Shown: piece by piece, positions 46,414 through 58,778 of the stretch
Layout: every line of letters begins with the position of its first letter
Position numbering within the stretch: position 1 is the stretch's first letter
From: an uncultured Nitrososphaeraceae archaeon
GTDB taxonomy: Archaea; Thermoproteota; Nitrososphaeria; Nitrososphaerales; Nitrososphaeraceae
Length of the DNA stretch: 64,000 nucleotides
Direction of reading: 5' to 3'
Assembly (NCBI GenBank): GCA_963825865.1
Contig: CAWGVG010000005.1
Span: 1 to 64,000, forward strand
Notes under the pieces: model-generated
Databases searched by the model: none
Told to the model about the DNA's origin: nothing
What the model saw: only the letters and a program-made list of their open reading frames with translations
Made by a program: the position numbers and the translations under genes

Positions 46414-47022
46414 ATGTATGTATGTATACAAACATTAAAGAGCGATACACCTGTTATTGCAATGGAGGATTCATCATCATCTGATAATAAAGAAGATATT
46501 GCAAAACAAATACTGTCAGGTGAAATAAACAAAGTCCATGTCAATCCTACAATTATAAATCAAAATGAATGTGCTGCATGCCATATACTGTTCAAATTAG
46601 TTGATAAAATGCAGCTAAGTGAATCAGATGCTTCTGACATATTATCAGAAATTCTATTTCACAATCCAAAGTTAAATGATTTTTTTATTGAAATGGTAGA
46701 AAATATCCATATGAAGCAAAGGATGATGGCGATACCATTTTCAATTAAGAGTAGAGATGCAAAAGACAGATTCGTCGAATCTAATTTTAAAAACCTTTTA
46801 GCTGAGTTAACTTCAGATCTTATAAATTATGGATCTGATATTGTTCTCCGTAAATTGTTAATATCGGCAATTGCATTGGAAATTGCCCAAAATATTGGTA
46901 TCGATCACCATGCTGCTACTGAGGAACTTTATTACTATATGCGAAAGTATGATCAGAAAACACACGAAGGTATCCTTGCATTTATTGATAGTTTATATAA
47001 AAGAATAAGTAGGAAAGATTAA
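46414..47022 (+). CDS. Helical hypothetical protein with a CxxCH motif
   Basis: NECAACHIL, VENIHM, QNIGIDHHAATEELYYYMR; no signal peptide. Confidence 0.7.
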   Translation: MYVCIQTLKSDTPVIAMEDSSSSDNKEDIAKQILSGEINKVHVNPTIINQNECAACHILFKLVDKMQLSESDASDILSEILFHNPKLNDFFIEMVENIHMKQRMMAIPFSIKSRDAKDRFVESNFKNLLAELTSDLINYGSDIVLRKLLISAIALEIAQNIGIDHHAATEELYYYMRKYDQKTHEGILAFIDSLYKRISRKD

Positions 47023-47344
47023 AAATTATACTACTATGAGTCTCCCTTCTCTTATTCCGCCAGGAGTACACCATCTGCACGTAAGACCCATGAATGGAAG
47101 TAAGCTAATGAGTCCTACTCCAACCAGCATTCCAATGATGCAAATATTGAATTTTGTTATCTTGAACATATCACCTTAGTTTTGCACAGGTAAGTATTAC
47201 TAATATTCTCAATAATGGTTTAAAGAAATTAGTAGTCATTATGATAAATCAGTCATATTGATAGAATTAACCTGTGTTATTAGATGTCACATCATGAACT
47301 TTGAGTTGCAAAAATGAGTCAATTTTGATTCATAGTTGCTCTGG

Positions 47345-47449
47345 CGTGTGATTGCAAATGTAGGTTAACTTTGTTAACTAATCTTTTAATTGTCTAATTA
47401 TCTAAACCCAACACAAATATGTCTATTAACTTATAACCACCTATAATCT
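47345..47449. repeat. Upstream block shared with the 63.3 and 63.7 kb intergenic region
   Basis: ttaactttgttaactaatcttttaatt[g/a]tctaattatctaaa also at 63754-63795; attaacttataaccacctataatcta occurs inverted at 63291-63316. Confidence 0.85.
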
Positions 47450-47516
47450 ACCATAAAATAACAATAGGCGTTTTATTCATTAACTTGGTTAATTAATAGT
47501 TAAAAAGCATTGGTAC

Positions 47517-48152
47517 ATGACTTTACAAATGAAAAAATACAATAACACTAAAACAATAATAGCTGTATCTAATAAATCAGCAATACTAGTATACGTTGTT
47601 AGTGCGCTAATGATTTCTACTGCTGCCGTATACTTTATTGTTGCTTCTCAAGATTACTCTGAACTTTCGCAGTCAGCATCGTCATCTGATAATACTACTA
47701 CCACTCCTGAAAGTAAGGGCCAAGGACATATAATTGCAACCGTGAATGAAATGGTATTTTTCATTATAGTTGGTGTAGCATATATTGCAGCTGGAATATG
47801 GATGCTAGAGAATAAGTATTATAGTAAAATACCATACATCATAGCTATTATAGGCTCAATAGCACTCATTGCATTTTATATATCTACAAGGACAATGAAT
47901 ATTCCTTCTATAGGTAGTACAAGATGGTATAGGTACAACAGATATACTTTCCAAGGTCATGCAAGCAGCTATAGCTGGTGTATCGATATACATTGTCAGG
48001 ACTTCAACAATAATATGGAGAAGTGCTACAACAACAAGAACATCATCATCAGCAGCAGAAATATTAGAATATCAAGAGCTAAAAACACAAGAGAAAGAAG
48101 AAAAGCCATCAAACTGAGAAAGAATTGGACTTTTCTGGCTACCAATAAATAG
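47517..48152 (+). CDS. Membrane protein, frameshifted; paralog of 50811-51451
   Basis: YFIVASQDYSEL, IATVNEMVFFIIVGVAY, PYIIAIIGS..FYISTRT.NIPSIG. Confidence 0.75.
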   Translation: MTLQMKKYNNTKTIIAVSNKSAILVYVVSALMISTAAVYFIVASQDYSELSQSASSSDNTTTTPESKGQGHIIATVNEMVFFIIVGVAYIAAGIWMLENKYYSKIPYIIAIIGSIALIAFYISTRTMNIPSIGSTRWYRYNRYTFQGHASSYSWCIDIHCQDFNNNMEKCYNNKNIIISSRNIRISRAKNTRERRKAIKLRKNWTFLATNK

Positions 48153-48824
48153 TCAGAGACATTAGTGAAGCACAATGCAATAGCCGCTATATTCTCTTTC
48201 ACATCCAATAATGAAGAATACGTTTATGAAAGTGTTAGTGTTGACTTTCAAATAATGATTATGCAGGTTGCATCTTTAGATTGAGACAATCACATTTTAT
48301 CGATAAAAACGTAATAAAAATAAAGAAATTCATCGCATCTAACAATAATGTGAATCGAAGCCAGGGAAGATTATTGATTGATTGATTGATTGGTGTCGAT
48401 ATCATAATTTAATTTAAGCCTCATATTCCAATATAACACTATATGATCTATCATATACTGCGCATTCCTAACTAATAAATATCGTAGTAACAATTGCATT
48501 AATGGTAATAAAAGATAATGACTGAAAACATAATCACCCAAAGTTATTGTGAAGTGTGTGGAGTTGATGTAGATTCCCAAGCCAATCTAAGAAGATTGAA
48601 CTAAACATTTACCATCATCTATATTATCTTAATTGAGTGAACCTAAAAAAGGTATTTCAACATTCAAGAAACTCAAAAATAAATTAGGTCTTAGTAGTGG
48701 CGACAAGTACTCGTATTTGCTTATTCTCAACAACAGAAGAAGAACAAGGGATCACAAGATAATAGGGAGCAGAAACTCTTTTACATACCTCATTGTCACG
48801 TTATATTTTCAACTATTGTTAGTA

Positions 48825-49133
48825 TTATCTTCTAATCCATAAGCTGATTCTAGTAAAATTCAGAAATCCCTTAACCCACCTTGAATATGCTTCAAACCCC
48901 TTTTCTGTTACATGATAGAATGTAGAATCAGAAGTTTTAATCGAATTTATCAAATCTTGACTTTCCAACGTTAGCATAATATCAGATACTCTATCTTTGC
49001 GTTGTTGTTTAATACCAGGAACTTTAGTTATAATATGATACTTGCTTACAGGAGTCTTTATGGCGTTAATACATAAGTACTCTAATATTGAAAGCATAGT
49101 GTATTCGGATGAAAATCGCCTTTTTGCAGTCAA
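48825..49133 (-). CDS. Winged-helix DNA-binding protein
   Basis: ILEYL..SKYHI..RVSDIMLTLESQDLI..FYHVTEKG. Confidence 0.65.
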   Translation of the reverse strand: MTAKRRFSSEYTMLSILEYLCINAIKTPVSKYHIITKVPGIKQQRKDRVSDIMLTLESQDLINSIKTSDSTFYHVTEKGFEAYSRWVKGFLNFTRISLWIRR

Positions 49134-49395
49134 ATTTAATGCATTTTTGAATTGTGGTTAAGGAAGCAGTTTTACTATTATGTGTTTTGTTTGCTTGCTT
49201 ATCCTTTTATGGATATGTAACAACAGAAAAAATTACATACTGACACAATATTTATCACCTATATATAGATATATATATTTAATTACTAGAGTAGTAGCGC
49301 CATGGTAAGGATAGCCGTTCACATGAATTTAGAGAACTTGTTGATTCCCTTGCGCCAGATCTCTAAAAGGATATTGTAGTACTAGAGCTGTCTTT

Positions 49396-49593
49396 TTAAT
49401 GTATAATATTTACGTCTGAGGAAGAATTATTAAGCAATTTAGAAATCTCATCATATAAATATAAAAACCTCATTCCCTTGTCAGATATTCTATACGTTCT
49501 TCGATTTCCTTCTTGATATTTTATTAGGCCAGCATAAATTAAAATTGATAAATATTGTTTTATCTGCGCATATGATAAAAAGGCGCTATACAT
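49396..49593 (-). pseudogene. Winged-helix regulator, N-terminally truncated
   Basis: MYSAFLSYAQIKQYL..GLIKY...YRISDKGMRFL; same family as 33664. Confidence 0.65.
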
Positions 49594-49648
49594 TATTTGT
49601 AAAAGATAACAGCTCGATATATATCTTAACTAATTTCTGTTATTTTCA

Positions 49649-50512
49649 TTATGGCATAAGCAAAGGCCTTTCGATTATTATGATATATCCTAGTTTTTTG
49701 TCTTTTGGATGCAATGCTAGATTATATGCATCTGAAGTTGCATCATCACCAATTATCAAAGCCAAACTAACATTATTTTTTGTTATTGAAGTATATTTAG
49801 ACAGCAAATTAGAATAAGACAAAATAGTATTTGTATCTATTGTACCGTTTACAAATTTAACTATTATAGAACCATATTTCTGAAGAACCATTTTAAGGTC
49901 TTGATAACTGCTGTTTTCGGTTGGCTTTAGATTATCTTTGTCTATAACTATGTCAAATTGTGTTGTTGCAGTTGAAGTTTCTTTACCAAAAGCAATATCA
50001 AAAAATTCATTATAGTTGCCTCTTGAAGAAATATACTCCCGCAGCTGTGGCCCTACTTCTTCGACTGTTTCTGCTATCGCACGAACTGCTTCCTCTTTAG
50101 TTTTGCTACCCATTGAAATAGTTATTCCAGCTGATATGGAGTTTCGCTCAAAGGCATCAGCCCAACGTTCAAGAACTCTTTTAGACTTTATCGTCAGCCT
50201 AACCATATACAATAAAGCGACTATAGAACCAGCTGAAAAAACTGTAATTAAAGGATCAAGAGAAAAAGGAAGATTTGCGTGAACTTCTAGCATATCTAAT
50301 ATAGATAAAATAAATAGAGCAACTACTATACCAATTATTATGTAAGAATTTTTTTCTATTGAATGTACTAGTGTTGCAGCCCTATGAGCATATCTTGTTG
50401 CTAATGTTGGAGATTCTGGTATGGATGATAATCCGTCATCATCATCATCATTGCTATTATTATTAGCTTTATCTTCGTCGATTTTTTTGTTGCTAGAGTC
50501 CTTAGTACTCAT
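49649..50512 (-). CDS. Two-TM membrane protein with a soluble C-terminal domain
   Basis: Two hydrophobic helices followed by an alpha/beta domain (FDIVID..IIVKF..LALIIG). Confidence 0.7.
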   Translation of the reverse strand: MSTKDSSNKKIDEDKANNNSNDDDDDGLSSIPESPTLATRYAHRAATLVHSIEKNSYIIIGIVVALFILSILDMLEVHANLPFSLDPLITVFSAGSIVALLYMVRLTIKSKRVLERWADAFERNSISAGITISMGSKTKEEAVRAIAETVEEVGPQLREYISSRGNYNEFFDIAFGKETSTATTQFDIVIDKDNLKPTENSSYQDLKMVLQKYGSIIVKFVNGTIDTNTILSYSNLLSKYTSITKNNVSLALIIGDDATSDAYNLALHPKDKKLGYIIIIERPLLMP

Positions 50513-50634
50513 AGATAAATTTCATATTCAAATGTTCTTTTTCAAAATATATAAAGCTGTAGGGGAACTTAGTTCACTGCTAAGAAAACTAAGTTACTCC
50601 TATTCTATTATAATTGCTTCAAGAATCTGTTCAT

Positions 50635-50814
50635 ATGAAAACAACTAACATACTTGTTGGTGTTGCATATGATAAACTCATTCATGAGCATGAGTTTATT
50701 CGAGCAACAGATAAAGAAGCAAATAAGTTCTGTGTCCAGTGTATTACTTGCGGAATATGCTACTGTGACCTTTGGCAAGACTTTAAAAACATCAATAGTG
50801 GGTTTTACAAATGA
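50635..50814 (+). CDS. Small Cys/His-rich protein
   Basis: HEHEF..CVQCITCGICYCDL. Confidence 0.45.
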   Translation: MKTTNILVGVAYDKLIHEHEFIRATDKEANKFCVQCITCGICYCDLWQDFKNINSGFYK

Positions 50815-51451
50815 AAAAATATAGCAACACTAAAACAATAATTGCTGTATCTGATAAACCTGCAATATTAGTATATGTTGTTGCTGCACTAATGATTTGT
50901 ACTGGTGCCTTATACTTTATTGTTGCTTCCCAGGATTACTCTGAACTCCCACAATCGTCAGCTGCTAGTAACAATAATAGTGATAGCAAAGACGAGGGAG
51001 ATACAATCGCAACTGTAAATGAAATAGTATTTTTCATTGTGGTTGGTATAGCATACACTGCAGCTGGAATATGGATGCTGGAGAACAAGTATTATAGTAA
51101 AGTGTCTTACGTTATAGCAACCATAGGCTCAATAGCGCTCATTGCATTTTATATATCTACAAGAACGATAAATATTCCATCTATAGGAGTACAAGATGAT
51201 ATAGGTGCAATAGATATACTCTCCAAAGGTACTGCAGTCGGCTATAGCTGGTATATCGATATACATTCTAAGATCGTCAACAGTAATATGGAGAAGTGCA
51301 ACAACAAGAGCACAACCGTCCTCGTTGTCATCGCAATCATCATCAGCAGGCAGCAGAAATATTAGAACATGAAGTGCGAAAAATGCAGAAGAGAAACGAA
51401 AACCAGGAGAGAAACAAAGATGACTCTTCTGGTTGTAGCAAAGCAGAATGA
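50811..51451 (+). CDS. Membrane protein, frameshifted; paralog of 47517-48152
   Basis: Same motifs plus GVQDDIGAIDILSK; tail AEILEHEVRKMQKRNE..GCSKAE*. Confidence 0.75.
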
Positions 51452-51481
51452 TTGTAAATTAAAAGTAGGGGTTTTCAGAAC
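51448..51481. repeat. 34-bp junction motif atgattgtaaattaaaagtaggggttttcagaac
   Basis: Identical at 54976-55009; the first 23 bp also at 30774-30796. Confidence 0.9.
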
Positions 51482-51777
51482 AGATTTGTACAAATCGCAC
51501 ACTCCTGTCATATATATTGCTCAGATAACAATAATAATCCTAGCTATTGAATTTACCATATTGTGCTATTATATTGCTGCATGTCCTACACTTGTACTTT
51601 CCTTTTTCACGCACTAATAGCAGTTCTAAAGAGAGACTCCGTGTATAATTAATGCATATTTTCCATTGCAGATGTTATCTAAAAGGTGTGTGCATTGATT
51701 ACTACACTTTTGCTTAGTATGCAATCCATTGATAAGAGACATGAGATCTAAATTCTTTGGGCTAGGCCTAAGTATTA

Positions 51778-51995
51778 TTATTCTTCTTTTTTCTTCTTTT
51801 TAACAACATACCACATACCATATTTGCTGTGCGGCCTGCACCTTAATTGGCGGTTGCAACAAGGGCATTTGAGACTACCATTTGATTGTATCCATTCGGA
51901 ACACCCTGTGCAATATTTCGCGTTAAAGTCTTTATAATAAGACAAACCTCCTACTTTCTTTCTAGCCTTATATTGATTGCACATCCCTCTGCATG
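51778..51995 (-). CDS. Small zinc-finger protein of thaumarchaeal type
   Basis: CRGMCNQYKA...YCTGCSEWI...CPCCNRQLRCRP. Confidence 0.65.
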
Positions 51996-52246
51996 GGATT
52001 ATTATAACAATAATACTCTAAAAATAAGAAAAATATAATCACATCGCAACATTGACATCATCGATATCATTCATCGTCAAACGTTAGCTCTGCGGAGTAT
52101 AAAAAGACTAGATTAAATATTTGATCTTTCGCAAAGAGGCTAACTTTTTGATTTGTATGTCCAATGGATCTTCATATTCTTTTTCCATGATCTCTGTCTT
52201 CCAGCATTTAACGCAGTAGATTCGATTCATTTCATTTTGATTCTAC

Positions 52247-52699
52247 CTATTTCGACACTCCTTGCATAGACTCAACCTGCGCTAACTTCTCTTGCAATTG
52301 TTTTAAATACATCACTGAAGGCCCTTCCTCAATCAACTTAAAGATTGCCTCATTGCATTCCTTTGCTAGCTTTAGAGCTGATATCCTTTGATACATGTTT
52401 ATATTTTCATCATCTTCATGCTGGTAGATATTCCAACATTCCTTAATGATATCACGAATACCTTCAATTGAGATTTGATGCATAAATGGCAAGGTTTCCC
52501 TAGCCAGATCATTCAGGTAGTTCTGGGACTCTGCAGTTAAGAACTTGATATCTCTGACTATAGTAGGAGGAGAAACGTTCAGCTCTTTGGCAATCTCATA
52601 CCCTTTCATATTATTACCTCTTGTCAGAAGTGTCCAAACCCGTTGCCGTCTTTCCCTTATAATCGCCTGGTTGTTTGGAAGATTATTATTTTTAGACAT
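52247..52699 (-). CDS. HTH protein, full-length divergent member of the multicopy family
   Basis: ERRQRVWTLL..KGYEIAKELNVSPPTIVRDIKFL..LPF..IEGIRDIIKECW..RISALKLAKEC. Confidence 0.75.
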   Translation of the reverse strand: MSKNNNLPNNQAIIRERRQRVWTLLTRGNNMKGYEIAKELNVSPPTIVRDIKFLTAESQNYLNDLARETLPFMHQISIEGIRDIIKECWNIYQHEDDENINMYQRISALKLAKECNEAIFKLIEEGPSVMYLKQLQEKLAQVESMQGVSK

Positions 52700-53043
52700 A
52701 TATTATGATTGCAGTTATTTCGTATATTCACACACAGACTGATAAATTTATTTCAAAGAAAAATAAATAAGCAAAGGTCATCAAATCAAATTAAAAAGTC
52801 ACACACTTAAGGTGTTATAGTTACCGAAGTGCATTGGTCCTTTAATTCCCAAAATAAGCACTTATAGTGATAGCTATGAGTAAATGTAGCTTTATTAAAT
52901 AACAATCGTTTGCTAATGAAAGCTTTATGCTAATAAAAGATATCTTCTCTCTTTTATCTTCTGTTTTGGAAAAGATTGATTTTTGTTGACTAGGAATAAG
53001 ATTCATGAGGAAAATGTTTATACATTAAAAAGCTTATCTGAAA

Positions 53044-53878
53044 ATGATTTGATCTGTCAACAGAAAAGCAAATACACGAACGGAAAACACTAGGATATTT
53101 CATTTCTGCAATTATTGTTGCAGTCATTGTTGCGAATTCTATAATAATTTTCTCAGATTCACACAATAAACCTTCTTCTACTTTTTTGATTCTAAATATA
53201 ACAGCAGCTATTGCGTCAAGTTTAGGTATAATTGTAGTATACCGTCATGGACTCCATGGAGTTCATGGTAGATCATATTTGTTTCTAACACTAGGTATTA
53301 TTTCTTGGTTCGCTGCAGACCTGACTCTTGCTTATTACTATTTTGCTTTAGGTATAGAGGAACAAATACTTGTATCTGTTACAGATGTTTTATGGTTTAT
53401 CGGATATCTATTCCTTGCAGCACATTTGTTCACAGTGCTTCGATTCATACGCAGTAGGATCAAATTAATGACTGTCATTCTAACATCGATAGTTACACTG
53501 TTGTTCATTACTTACATTGTGATTAACCTATTGCCTTCATCACGATTTCTTGCCGAAGGTGATTTTACGGCTTTTGTTGTTACTATCACCTATCCAATTT
53601 TGGATATGATGTTATTTGTTCCCTCAATGATAATACTAATTAGCTTACGAAAGGACGATGTACAATCAATTCCATGGATTCTTTCATCCCTCTCTCTATT
53701 AGTCAATGCTGTAGCGGATGAGCGATATGTAAATGACTTTGTAAATGGCCGTCTGCACAACCTATTGTTTTGGGATATATTTTATGTGACAGATTTCATA
53801 ATCATGGCAGGTGCTCTATTTTGGTATTATAGATTTCATATTTCACCTGAACGAAGAAAGATGAAAATTACTGGTTAA
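53044..53878 (+). CDS. Multi-pass membrane protein, paralog of 26489-27325, frameshifted near the start
   Basis: High similarity along the length (HGLHG.HG.SYLFLTLG, EEQILVSVTDVLWF, FYVTDFII.AGALFWY). Confidence 0.8.
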
Positions 53879-54596
53879 TAGGTCTCTATACGTTGACATA
53901 GTATACCCTATGTCAATTAACCGGTTTATCATATGTTTTTGTTCTTCTAATGCACCATGTGGATCCCGGGGATGGAGAGCAATTCTTATAATGCGAGGAT
54001 TTTGTTTAATCAACAAATTGAAACACCTTTCGTCTTTGGCAATGTTTATAGCATTTTTTTCTGGATAGCCAGTAGAATCCCAATTCAATACCTTGGAAAC
54101 TTTTATTTTCATAGATACATTATGGGAAAGCAATACAAACTTTTCTTGCGTTTCTGCTAAATCAAATCCTAACTTCTGCAATACCTCAATTGAGCTGTTG
54201 TTTAGCTTCCAAGCTGGTGGTACAAACACGTTTGGTTTTATTCCTATCTCGTGAAGTATCTCAAGCCCTGCACGTATTTCCTCTTCTGCGGTCTGCTTTT
54301 GTTATTGTATGAAAATCATCAAATCTGCCATTTCTACGCTCATGATAAAGACCATGTAGCGCTATATCGCATCTTTTGTAAGATTTGATTTTGTCTACAA
54401 ATTCAGGAAACCGCGGAAGGTCTTGCTTTTCCTTGAAGAAAGGTACCAGTGCAATATTGTAATTTATATCCAGCTCTTCGAGATCATCAGCAAACTGGAA
54501 TATTCTTGTAGAGAAAAAAGGACAGACATCATGTATTGTAACTATTGCTAATCGTGTTTGTTGCTGTTGTTGTTGTTGCTGCTGCGATTGTGACAT
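53843..54596 (-). CDS. Polysaccharide deacetylase-like (DUF2334-type) protein, frameshift near 54290
   Basis: IVTIHDVCP, IALHGLYH, FVPPAW, IRIALHPRD; N-terminal poly-Gln. Confidence 0.8.
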
Positions 54597-54920
54597 ATAT
54601 TGTTAATAATTGTATACAAACAGCAAGCTATTATTTTGTTAATGTTATTCCATCAATTATAGGCATAGTTGTTATCAGCCGTGCATTAGGCTTACCATTA
54701 GGTTGTAGTTTGTTATAATCGACGTATTTTTCAAGTGTCTTTATTAATCGAGAATGGTCGCATAAGTCCACTTATGGGAGTACTTTCCTTGGAACATAAC
54801 CTTTAAACTTACACTGTTCGTTTGTTAAATATGAATTGTTGTCCACGTAATATGATAACAATCACAAAACCTGCATACAGAAGGCCTGTTTCCAAGGAAC
54901 TAGGAAGGGGTTTCACATAA

Positions 54921-54976
54921 AGATCGTCGTCGATTTGAACCGGTGTCAGAGCTATGGACAATGTGTCTTTGCCGCA
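54921..54976 (+). pseudogene. Ferredoxin N-terminal relic
   Basis: KIVVDLNRCQSYGQCVFAA, cut off at the 34-bp motif. Confidence 0.55.
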
Positions 54977-55047
54977 TGATTGTAAATTAAAAGTAGGGGT
55001 TTTCAGAACTTAATAAATATGGAGGAAGAGGTTGTTACAACAACAAC

Positions 55048-56380
55048 ATGGTAAGATTATCATCAAAGTTAGGAATAGGAGCACAAGAATTATCTAAACA
55101 GCAAAAAGCTATAGCCTTTGGCTCATGGTTTGGATGGTCTCTTGATGGCTATGACCTAGTTTTAATGCTCTTTGTTATATCATCTGTAAACCAACTTTTC
55201 TTTCCATCAACTGACCCTACACTTAGCTCTGCTAGCAACATTTGCCACATATACTATAGCACTTGTAATGCGACCAGTGGGAGGAGCTATTTTTGGAAAT
55301 TTTGGAGACAAACATGGAAGAAAAAAAGCAATGATAATAACAATTCTAGGATTTTCAGCTGTTACATTTTTAACTGGCTTACTTCCGACTTGGTCAACTG
55401 CTGGTATACTATCTCCGATATTACTTATAATTTTAAGATTTACACAAGGATTATTTGCTGGTGGTGAATGGGCAAGTGGTTCTGTAATCACAATGGAGAC
55501 AGCACCAAAAAGTATGCGTGGGCTGCTCTCTGGATTTGTACAAAGTGGATATTCTTTTGGATTTGTAATTGCATCATTAGCATATGGGTTAGCACTTGCT
55601 GCCTTTCCTGGACAATTATTTATAGAAGTAGGATGGAGGATAATGTTCTTCACGGGAATCATACCAGGATTACTTGCCTTATTCATAAGGCTTAAGATGG
55701 ACGAATCGCAAATATGGCTTAAAAAATCAAAAGAACAAAAGGCAATAGCTAAAACTCCGTTAAAAAAGGTAATATTTGATAAAGAACAGAGAAAACGATT
55801 CTTACTTGCACTAATAATTATGACTGGTCTTTTGTACTCTTATTATACTTCTATTGGCTTTATGCCTACATTTTTAGAAAAATACGTTAAGATAAACAGA
55901 AATGAAGTAGCTGCAATAATGATTGTTGTAACAATTGCAGCTCTGATTGGTACTATATTTACTGGATTTCTAAGTCAGTATATTGGAAGAATGAAGACAT
56001 TAACCATCTTTGCGGCAGCAGCTATAATACTTGCAGTACCATTGCTTTATGGTCTATATAGTACTAAAAATATCAATGAAAAAATACTGTATGCATCGAT
56101 GGTAGTATTTGTATCTTCAACAGCTTTTGGACCAATGCCTGCATTTCTATCGGAAAGATTTCCAACTGAAATAAGAAATAGTGCTTCAGGTTTTGCTTAT
56201 AACGGTGGACTGATAATTGGTGCATGGTCCCCACTTATTGCCATAAATCTTTTATCACATGTAGGGCAAAGCCTTCTTTTTGTACCATTAGCACTTGCAT
56301 TAAATATTATAATTGGTGGAGCAATAATATTTATAGGTTCAAGAGTAAACCCTGATACTCGTAACGTAGATTTAGATTAA
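55048..56380 (+). CDS. MFS transporter (metabolite:H+ symporter type), frameshift near 55225
   Basis: GWSLDGYD, MRPVGGAIFGNFGDKHGRK, LRFTQGLFAGGEW, ERFPTEIRNSASGFAYN. Confidence 0.9.
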
Positions 56381-56659
56381 TACATCAAAATAGCGTCAAG
56401 TATAAGCTGTAGGCTTTTGGTCTATTATCTGGTGCAGTGAAACAAATTCATCCTGTGTTAGTAAACTAAAATAAAATAAAATATAATTCCTTTTCCTTCT
56501 TGTCCAAGCAGGCAATAAACAAGATGTATTAAGCAACCATCTATCACCTATACGCTGAAATATCACGTTAGACGATATCTCTTCTATGATAAAAGTTACA
56601 TCGGTACTAGTAATCATCATAGCATCAATTATATCAATAGCAGCCATAAAGTTCAAAAT

Positions 56660-57099
56660 CAACAGCTATTGGCTGAGATGCTTTCACCACTTATGCCAAG
56701 CATAGAGAATGTTATCCCAAAAAATCGTTACTGGAATTCTGTGATTGCAACTGCCACAGTAGCCGCAGAAACTATTGCTACGAATATTATCAAACATCCT
56801 ATTATTGATGCAGCAAAATCATTACCAAACGCATTTTTGGCAAAAACATATTCTGCTGCACTTTTAGAGAAGATAGAGGATAATTCAGCATAACTAAATC
56901 CTGTCAATAATACAATAAATGCAGCTATTATAAATGAAATCCACATTGCATTACCAGCAATGCCTGCGACATCGCCAATTATAACGTAAATTCCAGCTCC
57001 TAATATTAGACCTCTACCATACATTATAGCTTGGAATAGGCCAATGCTACGCTTCAGTTGATATTGAAGTTGTTTTTTTCTTTACCTTGTTCTGCCATG
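56660..57099 (-). pseudogene. APC amino-acid permease N-terminal fragment
   Basis: QLKRSIGLFQAIMYG.GLILGAGIYV..GFSYAELSSIF.KSAAEY. Confidence 0.75.
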
Positions 57100-57185
57100 T
57101 ATTATAGTATAGAATATTCACATTTTGATATTATTATGTAGGACAAATTATTTATTATCATCACGATTATGATGATCAGCACCTC

Positions 57186-57848
57186 TCATTCTTTTGATTC
57201 ATCATTTTCAACTGTTGTCCACGGAAACCATTTTCCGATAATTTTACCCCAATCAATTTTTACAATTAAGTATAATATAGTGCCTAAAATTACAGTAGCG
57301 CCAACTGCTCCAATAAGAAGATAAACCGGGTCGTTAGCAACAGAACTAGAAGAACCAAAAAAGCGCTCAATAAATGGCCTTCCTAAAAATACTGCTCCCC
57401 ATACTATAGCTTCATTTAATATAAGTTTGCCAGAAAAAGTGGCAGTAGCGAATTTCCATGGGCTATATTTTGCAATACCTAATGGAATGTATACAAGGTC
57501 ATCTGGAATAGGGGTTAATGCAGCTAGAAAGGCCCCAAGCCACCCATATCTGGCTAAAAGCCTCTCTAATGGAGCCATTCTTTTCTTTGTATCAACATTC
57601 AGAATACTGCGACCATAATAGCTGGCGTAAAATATCATGATTTTAGCTGCAAGTGCTCCACATGCACTAGACAAGGAAATGAGATTAGGATCTAAATGTT
57701 TGTTAAACGCCGCTGTAATTAAAATTGGAAAATATGGGATTGGGATGAAAATGATAATACTTCCTACAAGGCTGATTACAAGTATACCAAGGTAGCCAAA
57801 ATTACCAAAAAATTCAAAAAGTTCACTGACAATATTAGTATCAACCAA
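57186..57848 (-). CDS. DedA/VTT-domain membrane protein
   Basis: GYLGILVISLVGS..PIP, YGWLGAFLAALTPIPDDLVYIPLG, F.GK. Confidence 0.85.
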   Translation of the reverse strand: MVDTNIVSELFEFFGNFGYLGILVISLVGSIIIFIPIPYFPILITAAFNKHLDPNLISLSSACGALAAKIMIFYASYYGRSILNVDTKKRMAPLERLLARYGWLGAFLAALTPIPDDLVYIPLGIAKYSPWKFATATFSGKLILNEAIVWGAVFLGRPFIERFFGSSSSVANDPVYLLIGAVGATVILGTILYLIVKIDWGKIIGKWFPWTTVENDESKE

Positions 57849-58231
57849 GCAAAAACTTAGTCATGGCAGTCCTATATAATTAGTAGTTGTCGATTTTATT
57901 GTTGCATATAGCCTCAATTACCGATGACTGAAGAAAGCCGAAATGTATGCTACCTATAGAGAGGATAAGTATTGTTGGCAATAGCTAACTTCAACCTATC
58001 TCAAAAGGGTTGCTGCAACGTTAGAAAATAAGAACGAAATGTCAAAAAGTATTGATAGAATTCATATTAGTAGTGGTTTGCTTGAAGGAGATATATGAGG
58101 CAATGGCAAAGTGCTTGCAGATTACATTATTGAACTTTGTCCATATGGTCTAAATATGTGAATGAGAAGAAAGCAAATCAATGTAAAATTAAATTTATAA
58201 TATGTGATTCACACACATATATCTGCCAGAT

Positions 58232-58663
58232 GTGCAAAATAATAAGCAAATGATATCAAAAATTCTTGTCGCTGTTGATGGTTCTGAATATGCAGAAAAG
58301 GCTTTTGAATATGCATCTTATCTGGCTAAAAAATGTGGATCTGGATTACTAATTGTACATGTGCTTGAAGAATTCCTTAGTGTTGGCCAGTCGATCTTGA
58401 AAGAATTAGAACAAAGAGATCTAGAGATGTTGAAAAAATACAAGTCAAGAGCAAAAGAATCATCAGCAATTACCTATATCGATGTTATCGAGTCAAGAGG
58501 AAATGATGTTGCAGAAGAGATATTACGTGTAGCAGATAAGCAAAAGGTAGATACAATAGTAATAGGTAGCAGAGGAGCTAAAGCTTCCAAAGAATTTCTT
58601 ATGGGAAGTGCTTCATATAAGGTTACTCATTATGCAAAGTGCCCAGTAGTCATAGTAAGATAG
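58232..58663 (+). CDS. Universal stress protein
   Basis: KILVAVDGS..IVIGSRG..LMGSASYKV..AKCPVVIVR. Confidence 0.92.
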   Translation: MQNNKQMISKILVAVDGSEYAEKAFEYASYLAKKCGSGLLIVHVLEEFLSVGQSILKELEQRDLEMLKKYKSRAKESSAITYIDVIESRGNDVAEEILRVADKQKVDTIVIGSRGAKASKEFLMGSASYKVTHYAKCPVVIVR

Positions 58664-58778
58664 GAAAATTTGTGGTATACTATCTAATTCACTTAGAACC
58701 AGTACCTATGCATCTTTCTCAATTAAAAATGGAAGTTGCAATTCTATTAATAACTAAAAAATATATACTACAGACACA

